From: Octopus sinensis
Taxonomy: Eukaryota
Direction of reading: 5' to 3'
Length of the DNA: 64,000 nucleotides
Assembly (NCBI RefSeq): GCF_006345805.1
Contig: NC_043007.1
Location: forward strand, 59,210,001-59,274,000
Below are positions 13,721 to 27,320 of this stretch, one piece after another. A model generated the notes under the pieces. That model had not been told where the DNA came from, searched no databases, and saw only the letters and a program-made list of their open reading frames with translations. The stretch's first letter is position 1; every line of letters starts with the position of its first letter. A program made the translations under genes and the position numbers.

Positions 13721-14525
13721 AACCATGTTAACCTATGTAAAACCAGCTCCAGATATAGGGCTGTTCCTCAAACATTAAATTATTGCCACTCTTTGTGGCC
13801 TCTTAACATTTATTACACTACGCTTGCTAATACAGACTACCTAATCCCCTTGAATTCTAGTGATAATATTCATAGCCAGGCTAATTCTCTCTATTATCCA
13901 GTTTAAGTGGGTCTGAAAAGGCTGTGTGTACCATCTTTCATCTTCACTGTACCTAATAAAATGAAATGCAATAAGTACCATGCATGACAGTATATGTAAA
14001 ATTTGGTCTTAAAAAAGGACAAAAATAAAATCTCTTGAAAAGAAATCATTTGGAAAACCAGGAATAGAATATGAATTATTATTCTTTTGCTTTTATTTAT
14101 TCTGATATTCTTTAACAGAATGGTAGTGAATCTTATATACTCAGTCATCTGGTCCAGCACCTATGCTTCCAGTAACTGATCTTGAGGAAACTAAGTTTGA
14201 CATTCAAAATTGGTTTCAGCAGATCCTCCACACTAATCCTTCTCAGTCATCTACTCACTATCAATATTTGTGTTCTTTTGTGACTATGACAGTCTGATCC
14301 CACCTGAACTAAGTGACTGTATTATCTTCATGTAAATCTTTTCTTATTGCTTTTCCTTCCATTATTCCATTGTGCCTAACCCTCTAAACCTATCTTTGTG
14401 TGCCAAGGAGAAATATCAAATTTCTTTTTTAATTATGCTTATGTTTATTCACATTTAGTTACTCAGTGATTGTTAATTTTTGTTTTCGTTATTTATATTG
14501 GTTCCTATGATGTTCGTATTTTCAG

Positions 14526-14694
14526 GAAACACTCTTAGTCAGTATGGATGTTCTCCATGATGGCTATGGTTTCATGGCAGTTTTTGGCAATATGGTATGG
14601 ATTCCTTATGTTTACTGTATTCAAGGACTTTACTTGGTGCGACAGAAAGTGCTACTTCCCTATTATATATTGGCTCTCATTGCAGTGTTAAATT
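14526..14694 (+). CDS. LBR: LBR exon 7 (ETLLVSMDVLHDGYGFMAVFGNMVWIPYVYCIQGLYLV...)
   Basis: tttcag| acceptor, aatt|gtaagt donor; matches E..L.TMDI.HDGFGFML.FGDLVWVP..Y..Q..YLV. Confidence 0.96.
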
Positions 14695-15483
14695 GTAAGT
14701 ATGAAGTACTATTTTAATAATTTGTCTGGATGTTCAGTTATCTAAATTGAATATGTTTGTGTAAATATACAGCAGTATGATTGTGCGGTTAAGAAGTTCA
14801 TTTCACAACCACATGGTTTCAGGTTCTGTTCCATTGCAATGTCCCTTCTGTCCCATTGTAATAATCTTGTACTATTATACCATGTTGACCAAAGCCTTGT
14901 GAATGAAGTTAACAGGTGGAAACTAAAATAAGCCTATCATCTGTGTGTATGTGTGTATGTACATGTGCACCCATGCACATATTTGTACACAAATGAATCT
15001 GAATGTTAAAATTTGGTCTTGTTTCTAATACATGTGGAATAACAGATTCCTTACTTGAAAAATAGGTATGGGTTAATGGCAAGAAGGGCATCTGGTTGTA
15101 AAACTAGATGCCCTTAATAATATATTTGTCTAACCTCTGCTATCATGGCAGAATGAGTGTAAAAATGAAACAGATTCTCTGTCTGTCTGTCTCTCTATAT
15201 GTGTGTGCGCATGTACACACGAATATATAATCATCATCATCATTTAACATCCACTTTTCCATGCTTGCATGGGTCAGATGGAATTAGTTGAGGCAGCTTT
15301 TCTATTGCTGGATACCCTTCCTGTTGTCAACCTCCACCTGTTTCCAAGCAAGGTAATATTTCCCCATGGCCAGATATGTTCACTGGAAATGAACATCACT
15401 TGTATGATTGGAATGTTCATTTACAGCCAACACATGATGTCAAGACAAGGGTACGCACAAATATGCACATATATATATATATA

Positions 15484-16023
15484 TCTTATATAAAATCCGT
15501 TCTGTTTGTCTGTGTGTGTCTTCTCAGATCTTGGGCATCCTCCATCCGATTGCGCTCAAATTTGATATGTAAATACTAACGGTATCAGGGCGTGTATAAG
15601 TCTTAAAAAAATTACAAAAATCGATTCCAGGTGAGAATGTGATTGATAAAGCCATTTTTGTCCTGCTTTTCTTCCGTCAACCTGTACATAACTGCACCTT
15701 CCATTTTTTGTACTGCTCAAAGGCACGTTTCTTTCCTGCCCAGCACACAGTTTAAACTATGTTTGTGTTCTCCCAGTCAACGGCCTTATCATTACTGGTA
15801 CTTTAAACTCTTTGGTTGCATATTTGTGTGAATAAAATCGTTCTTCTTTAGAATAGAAAAAAAGTCTATCTTATTTCTTCTTTTGGTGGTGTCTCAAATT
15901 TAGGTTAAATCAGTGTTTCTCAAAGGGTAGGCCTATGGGACGGTCGGACAAGTTGTTTTGAGAAAATTTGGTTTAAATGTTTGACAACTCAGCACCGCCC
16001 ATTGGATGGGGTGCGTTTTGCTC

Positions 16024-16024
<1 letters not shown>
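15484..16024 (+). mobile_element. Non-autonomous Helitron-like element in LBR intron 7
   Basis: 5' TCttatataaaa; 3' GC hairpin at 15992-16014 then ctcg|t; CpG-rich relative to its flanks. Confidence 0.6.
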
Positions 16025-16069
<45 letters not shown>

Positions 16070-16510
16070 TTCCTTCTACTAAATGCACACACAAGGCTTT
16101 GGTTACCCCACTGCTATAGTGGAAGATGTTTGCAAATACTGCCACACAGTGGAACTGATTCTGAAACACATAGTTGGGAAGCATGCATCTTAGTCACACA
16201 GCTATGCCTGCACATGCACACACACACATATACATATATATATATATTACACACACTTTTTCACTTGTTACAGTTTTTGGACTGCAGTCATGCTGGGACA
16301 CTACCTTGATTTTTATTTTTAAGCTCAAAAGAATTGACTCCACTACTTAATTTGTTTTTTTTTAAATGAAATTTATTCTGCTAAGTTATGGGGTCATGAA
16401 CAAACTAACAAACTGTGGAGGACTCACACACACACACAAGGGAGATAATTAGATTGGCAAACGTTAACAATGTAGATGTCCTGGTGTTGCCAAACTTACC
16501 TATCTATTTA

Positions 16511-16573
<63 letters not shown>

Positions 16574-17017
16574 TTTCCTTCTACTAAATGCACACACAAG
16601 GCTTTGGTTACCCCACTGCTATAGTGGAAGATGTTTGCAAATACTGCCACACAGTGGAACTGATTCTGAAACACATAGTTGGGAAGCATGCATCTTAGTC
16701 ACACAGCTATGCCTGCACATGCACACACACACACATATACATATATATATATATTACACACACTTTTTCACTTGTTACAGTTTTTGGACTGCAGTCATGC
16801 TGGGACACTACCTTGATTTTTATTTTTAAGCTCAAAAGAATTGACTCCACTACTTAATTTGTTTTTTTTTAAATGAAATTTATTCTGCTAAGTTATGGGG
16901 TCATGAACAAACTAACAAACTGTGGAGGACTCACACACACACACAAGGGAGATAATTAGATTGGCAAACGTTAACAATGTAGATGTCCTGGTGTTGCCAA
17001 ACTTACCTATCTATTTA

Positions 17018-17072
<55 letters not shown>
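16025..17072 (+). repeat. Near-perfect ~505-bp tandem duplication in LBR intron 7
   Basis: 16068-16500 recurs at 16573-17007; the differences seen are microsatellite lengths. Confidence 0.93.
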
Positions 17073-17077
<5 letters not shown>

Positions 17078-18484
17078 CTAAAGAAATTAAGTCCAAGAAA
17101 TAAAGAAATATCTATATTTTGTTTTGTATGATAATCAATTTGTATGCTTGTAGTTGCACATAATTCATTGCCTGTCACCTCATTTTTATAGCCAAGTTTG
17201 GCATACAAGCAAACCTGTTTATAGGATTTGTAAGATGTAACTGTTACTCAGTGTGGCTTTTAGTGACATTTTGTGCATTAGGACATGAGTAATTGGAACT
17301 GAAGTTTTATAACTCTTGGCATTGTATGTGTGAGTGTGAATGGGTTTATATCTGTAATTATAAAGTTACAAGAATGTAAAAATTCTTCACATTGTTTAAA
17401 TCATCTGAACTAAAGGTTATTTTGTTGTTAGTTTACATACAGTTTTTAACGTTTTTGTAAAGTCATATATATGAGTTTGTATGTGTGTGTGTGTGTCGAA
17501 ATATATTATGTCAGGCATGGCTGTGTGACTAAAAAGTTTGCTTCCCAAGCATATGGGTTCAGGTCCACTGTATGACACCTTGAGTAAGTTGATTTTGTGG
17601 ATGAAAACTGAAAGTCTATTGTATATGTATATGTTTGTGTCTCTTTGTCTTGACATCCTGTGATTGTTATAAATGAATTCATTTCTAATATTTTGCAAAG
17701 GAATGTCTAGCCATTGGAAAATATTGCCTTGCTTGAAAACAAGCAAGGGTTAGCAACAAGAAGGATATCTGATTATAGCAGTTCTGCCTCAATAAACTTT
17801 TCTGTTCCGAGTTCACACATTACCAGAATCAACTTTGTTTTTTATTGCTTTGGCTTTGATAAAATAAATATAAATCAACTACCCCTTCTCTCAAAATTTG
17901 CCCCATGTATGTGAGGTGCAGTTATGTTTTGTTAAGGATCAGGAACTGTTCAGTATTTTCAGGTCTTGGTGAAGAAACCCAGTCTTCATGGGTTCTTCTC
18001 TACGTTAATGGTGTACAGTACATATTTTAGATTTTTGTACTGACTTCCCTTACCACTGTAACATTTTATAAAAAATACCTCTCTATGGATTGTTTGTTGT
18101 GTTGGAGTTATGTCCATTTTTTTTTTCAGATGATTCTTAAAGATCATTACATTCAATCTTGACAGTGTGATTCTCCTCCAGTTGCTAACTGCAGTTAGAC
18201 TTGTTTTCTGTAGGAGCAGGTGGATTCAGTGCCTGTCCCAGTCCTTCCAGCCATAAAACTGACATTTAATTCAACTGGATATTTTTTTTTTTTATGTAAA
18301 ATATTGTGGTTTCTTAAAGTTAAACTTTTATTTACAACTGAACTCTTGTATCAAAATTTTTTTAAATTTTATAATATCTCATTTTCATAGAGTTGTCCAA
18401 AGATGGTTTTCAGTAGTAATTTAAGGATAAAATTCACAGACAATTTTTTTTTTTCATTATTTTATTTTCCCATTTCCTTTTTAG

Positions 18485-18565
18485 TTGTTGGTTATGTCAT
18501 TTACCGTGGATCAATCTCTCAGAAATATGAATTTAGAAAAGATCCATTCCAACTCAGTATGGCCC
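18485..18565 (+). CDS. LBR: LBR exon 8 (FVGYVIYRGSISQKYEFRKDPFQLSMA)
   Basis: ttttttag| acceptor, gccc|gtaagc donor, 81 nt phase 1-1; matches GYVIFRGANSQK..FRK.P. Confidence 0.95.
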
Positions 18566-18824
18566 GTAAGCATAATTTTATTTTCTCCACCTCTATCCTT
18601 TTTTTCTTATTCTCTAAAGAATAAGATATTATATGAGAACTGTATTCCTGTTTGCAGTCTTCAAAAAGAAAAGCTTTCATATGTAGACCAACTACATTAA
18701 AAAGAGATTTCATTATCTGAACAAGTAATATTGGAAACAAATAATATTAACTAAAACTAAGTTTTTTATAACTGTCAAATAGTAAGTAGTATATGTAGTA
18801 ATCAATGTTTTTGACTTATTGCAG

Positions 18825-18947
18825 ATCTTGAGAGCATACCATCAATAAGTGGTAAACGCCTTCTCGTATCGGGTTGGTGGAAACTGTGTCGCAAACCAAA
18901 CTACTTGGGTGATATCATCATGTCTGTTGCCTGGTCTCTTACGTGTG
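18825..18947 (+). CDS. LBR: LBR exon 9 ([42 protein letters not shown])
   Basis: ttgcag| acceptor, gtg|gtaagt donor, 123 nt; a variant of the LLxSGWWGxxRHxNYxGD motif. Confidence 0.97.
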
Positions 18948-20646
18948 GTAAGTTGTATACCCTTTAATCAAACTTTTACAAAACAATAAACTGCTTTTAT
19001 ATCCAACATGCATGACCACTCGAATGATTTTGCAGAAAAGAAAAAGATCAGCGTCAGCCATCTCTATTACTCTTATTATGTTCCTGTTAATGATAGGCAA
19101 GGATTAAGATTAATGATTCTGTATTAGTTACATGTTTCCTTACCAAATTTAACATTCAGTGAGCTATTCAAGACTCACAGGTCAAGTATAAGTCCCACCT
19201 GCTAAACTGACCGTAAGCATTTATTTATTTCGGTGGTAGCCCCTGAGAATGTCAGTGAAATAAATAACTGCCCTTTTTTTTTTCAGGGTATATCAAGAGC
19301 CAGAGAACTGATTAAAAATTAATGCCAATTTAACATCAGCTTTCAATAGACATAATTGCAAATATCTCTTCCTTACTTTTTCCTTGTTTTAAATCAACTA
19401 ACTCATTTGGCATAAATTGATTCTGTTAAGACATTTTAAAATTTTCTTGAGGACCCTATTTTTTTTTATCCACATACACCTTCGAGTTTTAGGACTAAGA
19501 AAGCTTTATATTGCACAAGTAACTCTCCACTGAAATATGTAAAAGAGGCTTTTATATCATTTACTGAAAGTGACTTTCCTTTCAATCTTCTTAAAGTTGT
19601 ATTTATATGGTTATTTTAGAAAAATTTTCATTTACATACAAACACACACACACAATAAGTGCTGGCAAGGTTGTCCAGTACATTGTGAGTGAAATTTGCT
19701 AGTTGGAGACAGTCAGAAGCACTTCTTGTACATACGATGTGTATGCTTGTGTACATCTTCTGTAAACAATGTCCTTTAGCTCTTCAGTTGCAATGTGTGA
19801 AAACTCATAGGAAAAGTACCTGACTTGAAAAACAAGTAAGGGCTGGAAGAACATTCAGCTGCAAGATACTACCTTGATAAATCTTATCCAGCCCATGCCA
19901 GTATGGAAAAAAAATGACATGAAATGATGAATACACACACGTGTGTGTAAATGAGCATGTACATATATATTTACACACACACACATGCATTTAAGTATAT
20001 GTCCAGTCATAGAGTGAGCAATGATTTCGCAACCATAAAGGGCTTAGCCCCATAGATGACTCATATATATATACACATACATGCTGTGACATGCAAAAAC
20101 CACCCACTACACTCTTGGAGTGGTAGGCATTAGGAAGGGTATCCAGCTGTAGAAACCAAGCCAAGATTAGACTGGAGCATGGTACAGCTCTCTGGCTTAC
20201 CAGTTCCAATCAAACCATCTAACTCATGCCAGCATGGAAAACAGATCCGAAATGATTATTATATATATATATATATGCAGTCAGGTTTTTAAGATTCATA
20301 ATGTCATTTGTGACTGCCCATCATTGATAATTTTAATCCTCTCTCTCATTCCTTTACGTTCGTTTTATATAGATACAAAATATTCTCCTGCTGTATCTAT
20401 GTAGTGATTTATCAGATTGAATATTGATTAAATTGAGTGCCTGGCACTTATTTTATTGACTTGAAAGATGAAAGGTGGTGTCAATTTCTTGATCAAATAA
20501 TAAAAAGTTTGTTTTTACCATTCCATTGCCTTTTAGATTTTCAATAATCAATTAAGTTCACTAATAAAATAAATTTCTTTTCATTTATTGATTGTCATTT
20601 ATTGCATTTGTTATATTTCCTCTTTTTTCTTTCTTTCTTTCTTTAG

Positions 20647-20807
20647 GATTTGGAAGTATTGTGCCTTATTTCTATCCCATCTTTTGTATAACCTTCCTAA
20701 TTTTACGGGAGCGTAGAGATTATGATCTCTGTAAGAAAAAGCATGGCATTAGCTGGGACCATTACTGCAATGCTGTTAAGTATCGGATCTTCCCTTATAT
20801 CTACTAA
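20647..20807 (+). CDS. LBR: LBR exon 10, terminal (GFGSIVPYFYPIF...RERRDYDLCKKKHGISWDHYCNAVKYRIFPYIY*)
   Basis: ctttag| acceptor; ends with the hallmark YRIFPYIY-stop. The ten exons join in frame to 516 aa. Confidence 0.97.
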
Positions 20808-23800
20808 AACTAAGACTAACCACCCTAGTGGTACTACAAAGACTTTTTCCTCACATTCTTTAACTGCAGCATTCATTCACACTCTTTTCTAAATATTTTC
20901 TACATCCTATTAATTATTTTTCCCCGTTCCATTCCTTTTTCATGATTTTATATGTACATAAAACAAAAAGAACCACATTTTCATTACTTGTGTATTTGTC
21001 TCCACTACTGGGACTCAAGCATTTTTTTTTATATGTACGTTTTTCATTTAAGTTTGTTTTTAATTTCAACCCAGTTCTTATAACCCCTAAATCATGTTGT
21101 CATTTCAACTAGGTCAAAGCATTATAGATTAAGAATAAGTGACTTAGTTACAGATATCAGTTGTAGCCATCTCATTTACCCTCTTCCACAAATATTCCTT
21201 TGTGCATCTATCAGTATTCAGTTAATCCTGACATTTTTGGTACACTTTTGTACCTTTTTAAAATTCAATTCAGATATTATAGGGCTTGTGATCAGTCATT
21301 CTGTTATTGTTATCTTTATTATTATTATTGTCTATAATTCTCCCATTTACCTTTTATTTAATGTCTGTAGTTAACGTTTTATAAAAACTGATCTCATTTC
21401 TCAATACATTAACTTTTTAAAAAATTGAAAGAAAAAAAAACCTCATTTAATATGTAGCTGTATCAGTAACATTATCACAAGTATACAGCGATGATGGTGA
21501 AAAGTTTACAGACATCCAATATTTTTGACTACTATAATACTAGGCTGTGTCAGATGCTGTATCACATTTGTGTAGAAAACATTTTCTTAAAAATACAGCT
21601 GAAAAATACATTTTTTTTTGTGCTTTTCAAATTCAATGGAATCATTGAATTTGATGATTAACTTTAACTGTACAGTCTTTGAGAATATCATTACAAACTA
21701 TACATATACTTTTTTTTATTACTATTTATGGACTTTAATTTACACACTTCTTTGCTTAGCTTTAAATGTCAGAAACTTGAAATTTCATATATTTTTTTAA
21801 TCTTTAACATAAAACATTGACAGTATTACTAACTGGTGATTTTGTTTTACTTTAACTATAATTGAGAAAAAAATGACTTGATATTCATTATACAGAATCA
21901 CTAAGATAGCAAAGAATTTTTAATATAATTTTTGAGATTATTTGTCCCTATTGATTTTCTATCTGATATAGTTTTAGAATGACATTCCTTTTGTTTTGTC
22001 AAACTCTCAATTAGTTACCATGGGGACTCTTATTTGAGACTCTTTACAAACCAAATTTAAAAGTGGAAAATCAGTACTCTTCATTTCTAAAATAATCTGC
22101 TCATTTCCCTAGTTATGGTATTTCATATTTGTTTAGAGATAGAATAGTGAACATTTGAATAAATTTGTCTTTTTCTTTGTTTGTAGGATAGTACTGGTGA
22201 ATTTTGAGTTACTGCACTCCACCATAAAGTAGAACTTATCAAATAGTCTAAAATAAGATTGAATGTGGCAAGGTTTCAACTGTTGACCTTAACTTTGCAC
22301 CTATTCTCTCTCTATAATTAAAAAAAAAAAACATAAATGTAGCATTCGATTTGTATGCATGGCTTAGAACTACCAATATTTGGTAAACTTAGTTCAATAA
22401 AGCTTTAATTCATCATATGTTCATACAAACATGTTTTCTGTTGGCCTAGCACTGCTGCATACCTGTGAGAGATGGTACTGCAAAAGGCAGAGATTTAACC
22501 TAGGTTGATGGTATCTGTAATGTGTGGTTTAAGAAAACCGAGTTGATTTGAATTCTGCCTCTCTACTGTATAAAGAACACACACAGCTAGCGAAAATGGT
22601 TTCAGTTAACCTGTGCAACTCTTGGTTGGCCACATTGTATTACAGTATAGCTTTAATAGTCCTGGAGTACTTTCTTTTCTAACCCCACTGGATTTACTTG
22701 CAGAATTGAAAATGAATTCTTCATTGGTTCAAATACCTGGTGATTTACTAATTAATCTCTCATTTGTGTATTAGTAATCACCTGCATTTACTCAGTTCAG
22801 TATTAACAAAGCTTTTCACTATTATCTTCCATTTTCTTATGACCTTTCAGTATTACAATATTCAAAAACCCCTCAATTTTGTCATCATTACATTCCTTTT
22901 CTTCACCCCAATCTCCATTATATTTTAGAGAACCACAGTTGTTGAAGTGTTGACAGTTCATGTTTGGCCACTTGCACTGTACTGTCAAAGACGCTGGACT
23001 TTTAATGGTATTATCTACCTGACTATTAATTAAGTATAACGGATGTTACACTGCTGTAAGCATTAGGAATGCTATGATTAATGAATGGCATTAGCATGGA
23101 GTACCAAAGTTCAGATTCCTTCAAGAGTTTTTGAAGAAAGTGGGAAAGAAATCATTATATTATTTTATTGGTATGTTTACAATGGGAAAACATTAAAAAA
23201 ATGTTGTTGCAAACTTACAACAAAAGAACAGGATATAACTGCCACTTCTATTTTTAAATTGTGTGTAATTGGACAAGATGCTTCCAAAGATTTGTCTTCC
23301 TTCATTTCCAGTATTTATACATTAACAATTTTATGTATAAAGTATCCAGTGCTTGTATGTCTTCCTTAGAAGTTTAGTCACTCATCAATCTTCTGACCTG
23401 TCATTAGTGATTATTTATTCAAATTCTCCCATAAAATAACAAAAAATTTAATCCATACATGTTTAAAAAAAGAAAAAGCTCAACTTTTCCTTAATATACA
23501 TACACATTTGTGTATAAGCTAAAATCAATGTAGTCAAAAACATCAAACAGTATCAACTGCATTTTGGATGTAGATTCATTCGTCTCATACCAGCCTATGA
23601 AAAGACAGAAAATAAATAATATACGCACATATAACCATGTGTGTGTGTATATAAAAGAAGTCAAAAATACCTGTAGCTGTGTAAGAAAAAAAATTGTAAT
23701 TGTTCAGTGTTTTTTTAAGGGAATTGATTAAATATGGAATAATTTCCATAAAGAGCAATCATTCCTAAATATACTTCAGTAGTCATGAAGAATTTTAATC

Positions 23801-26800
23801 CAAATTTTTACAAAAAGATACGAAAATTGTTTCCTTTATATTTTTGTCTTCCATACACTTGTGTATATGTGTATGTATGCATTTGTTTATTTGAAGGATC
23901 TCACATTGTTTTTTTTTTTTTTTTTTAAATCAATGGAATTACTCATTTTAATTCCATAGAATTAACATGGCACTGACAAAACTGGGCTCTTAAATTACAG
24001 GTATAGTCCACCCTAAAGGCGTCTGTACAGTTTCTGTCTACTTAATTTTTCTCAGGGCGCTTATTTCAATTGAAGGCTAATGTAGAAATCACTGAAGGAG
24101 CCAACAGGGTATTAACCCAGATTCACATAATTGTAAAGTGAACTTCTTAACCACTCAGTCATATTCACACACACACACATGCATTTCGTATTAGGGACAC
24201 AATCAGATGTTTCTTTTTTTCGATTTTTTTGACATAAATAGAAGATATTGTGGCTGAGATATAGAATTAAAGGAACATATTTAGCTATGGTTGTCTTTTA
24301 AATTGTTTTGTAAATATATATATATATATATATATATATTTGAAATACTTATAAAGTTTGTTTAAGTCTAAAATCAGTTTATTGTTGCATTTTCCTCCTG
24401 AAACTTGTGCCAAATTCATATATTTTAAGACGTTTGGTTGAAACTTGTTTGTTTTGACTATATGTGTCTGTTTTACACAATAAAAAATGTGGTGGATGTT
24501 GTGGCTTGTCTCATTGTTCTTTTGTCATGTTAAAGACAACAAAACAGGGCCATTGCTGATTATGTCTTCTGGTTTTCCAGTTACAGTATAAAAAGTAAGG
24601 ATACCTTTCCATCAATCACATGAAAAAAAGTCCTGCTTTGGTTTTTTTTTAAGAATCTGATGCCCCCACCCAGGTGGTGGATTATGAAATTTGAAAAGAA
24701 AAAATTTGTTGTAAAATAATTTCTTTTATTGTATTCGTTATTAAATAATATATTGAACTTTTGTTAAAATTAAATCCCTTATTGATATTTGTAAACACAA
24801 TAATAGGAATTTGGGAAAAGGATTATGTTTAGTGCCTTAGTCTGACTTACTGGGTGGTGGGGTTGTTTTCTAAATAAAGAAATGTCTTTCATTTTATTTG
24901 TTTGTTTATTTAAATGGAAGCCATGCCTACAAGTGAATTCCCTGGTTTCTTTTATCTGCCACTCCTTGGCTCCACTACAGATTCAGGTTGTATTCAATGC
25001 TTTTGATCATTGAAATATTCAACACAACATACAATAATATTCACTGCTTTGTGTGAATTGCATTATATTTTCTATTCCCCACCCAAACATATTATTAAAT
25101 GTGAAAACATATCAGAGACTTGGCCCTGCTTCTAATTAGCCCCATGAAAAAATGTCAGATCAAAATTGATTATTTACTGTTACGAAGCTGATTTAATTGT
25201 TATTGTCATAATGTCTCCCACCACTCTTACATTTATTTATTTTTTTAGTAGTTCAAACAAAATGGAGTCGAGAAGGGCAGATAACTGTTCTTCCTTGGCA
25301 CATGAAATCCTTAAAACACAAAGCAGTTCATGAAGATGTTTTTAAATCATTCAAAATGATGAAAAGAACAAAATTTAGGAATAAAAGGAGACATTATATA
25401 TATATATTTATCCAAGTTTGTTTAAAATTCTGCCAGGCAAGATACGAAGATTAACAGGCTAAATGCCATCTAAACAGTTCATACCTTCCCCTTTCACTGT
25501 TATAAACCCTGCTGGATTAATTTTATATATAATCCTTTTGAAGACAATGAACGACATCAGAATATGTGGGAGTTAGATTCACTTTGATGTTCAAACTAAC
25601 AGTATATTGTTGATTTTGTGCCAAGTCTATTATTATTATTGCCTATTCTGTTACAATACTTGTAAAGATATTTATATTCACACACACACACAAGGTGTTG
25701 TTATGGATACCATTAAACAACTACCTGCATGCAATATTAGCCAGTCTGTTATCTCACACCTATTTTACATAGATAAATATTATCAATCCCTATGCATTTC
25801 CTTAACAAATATAATTTGGTACATTTTCTTTAAGTTATATGCACTCACACACATACATAGACATATATACACATGTATGCATACACACACAAATATATAA
25901 GCTGATTTGTATGTATTATTAAACTGAATTTAGCCAGCTGCTGAAGGCTTAGCTGTGCTAATATATACACATACGTATATGTTCATACATATATAGCAAA
26001 TATTTACTCCACTCTCTAGCGTGAATGAACCACAAGAATCTAAACAGTGGTGGGCTGGGATGGATATTTTATTAACTTTCAATATATTGGGGTGTGATAG
26101 GGAGGGTCTAACATTGCCAGTTAGGTGCAAGATTATTTATGTATAAATACCTAACAATGTTCTGGGATATTTTATTTTGTGCCCTTTTGCATTTTTACAT
26201 CTCCATTGATATTTAAAAATTTTTTAATTAGATTGTTAGTAATAAAATGCTAATTAGATGTTTTATTGTGTCTAGTTGAAAAACTCACTTCTCTGGGTTC
26301 AAATACTGCTGGGGTTCACTTTATCACGCATCCATCAAGGGTCAATAAAACATAATCAGTAAATTGTGAAGTTGATTCATTCAACTACATCCCCCTCATA
26401 CATAAATTGGCCCATTGCACCTAGTCAAAAGTAATCCGCAAAAGTCTAAGTCATGTTTTGTTTTAATTTTTTATTCTTCTACATCTTGAAGAGGGAGAAA
26501 AAATTTTGATCTTAAGAGAAAAAAAATTGTATAAGTTAATTTCCTATTCTCTCACTTCAACATGGAAAAACGTATGTTATAATTTTATAACACTTTTTTT
26601 GTTTATATTTTGTTGTCATTTTTGTGTTATTTTCTACTTGCAGTCATTAATTGTATATCATTTCTAAAGTATCAATAAATCAATATTACTATTAGTGTTG
26701 TTTTTTTTTGTTTGTTTTTTTAAGTTGGCTTCTGTTTTTTGTTTTCTCTGGTGTTGAGTGGTTGATTTTCCAGTCTTTCCTTTCATATGGTCATGACCCA

Positions 26801-27288
26801 TTCAACCGCTCACTATATTAAATGGAAATGTCTAATTGTTTTTGATTGTTTACAATATACAAAATGTATATGTTCTTCTTACTAACCTGAAAATAATGTA
26901 TTTGCATTCAAGAAATATAATGGAATCAGTTTGGATTACAAAATTGTTCTTGAAATATTTTGAATTTTAAGAAGGTAATAGAAACAGAATATGTGTACAA
27001 AAATGTTTTATTTAATTTTAATAAGTGTTAGAGGTGGGGAAAATTTGAAATGAAAAAAAAAAACATTCTGTCCTTAGTCTACTAATATTCAGTTTGACAT
27101 AAAAAAAAGTTTTTTTTTTTCTTTTAAAGGTGAACAATTGATTTTTTTTTTACAGTTGAATGATCTTCCTACCAAATCAACAATGAACTTGGGGAACCAG
27201 TTCTCGGGCAATAAGCTCAGGCCGATCAGAGTTATGTGCCTTGCTTATAGGCATCACATGCTGGTACTGAGACTAAAGAAATCAAGGT

Positions 27289-27320
<32 letters not shown>

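Noticed and set aside
22795-22888. C/D-box-like pattern on the minus strand (ATGATGA ... CTGA ... CTGA)
   Set aside because: No terminal stem and no recognisable rRNA/snRNA guide complementarity.
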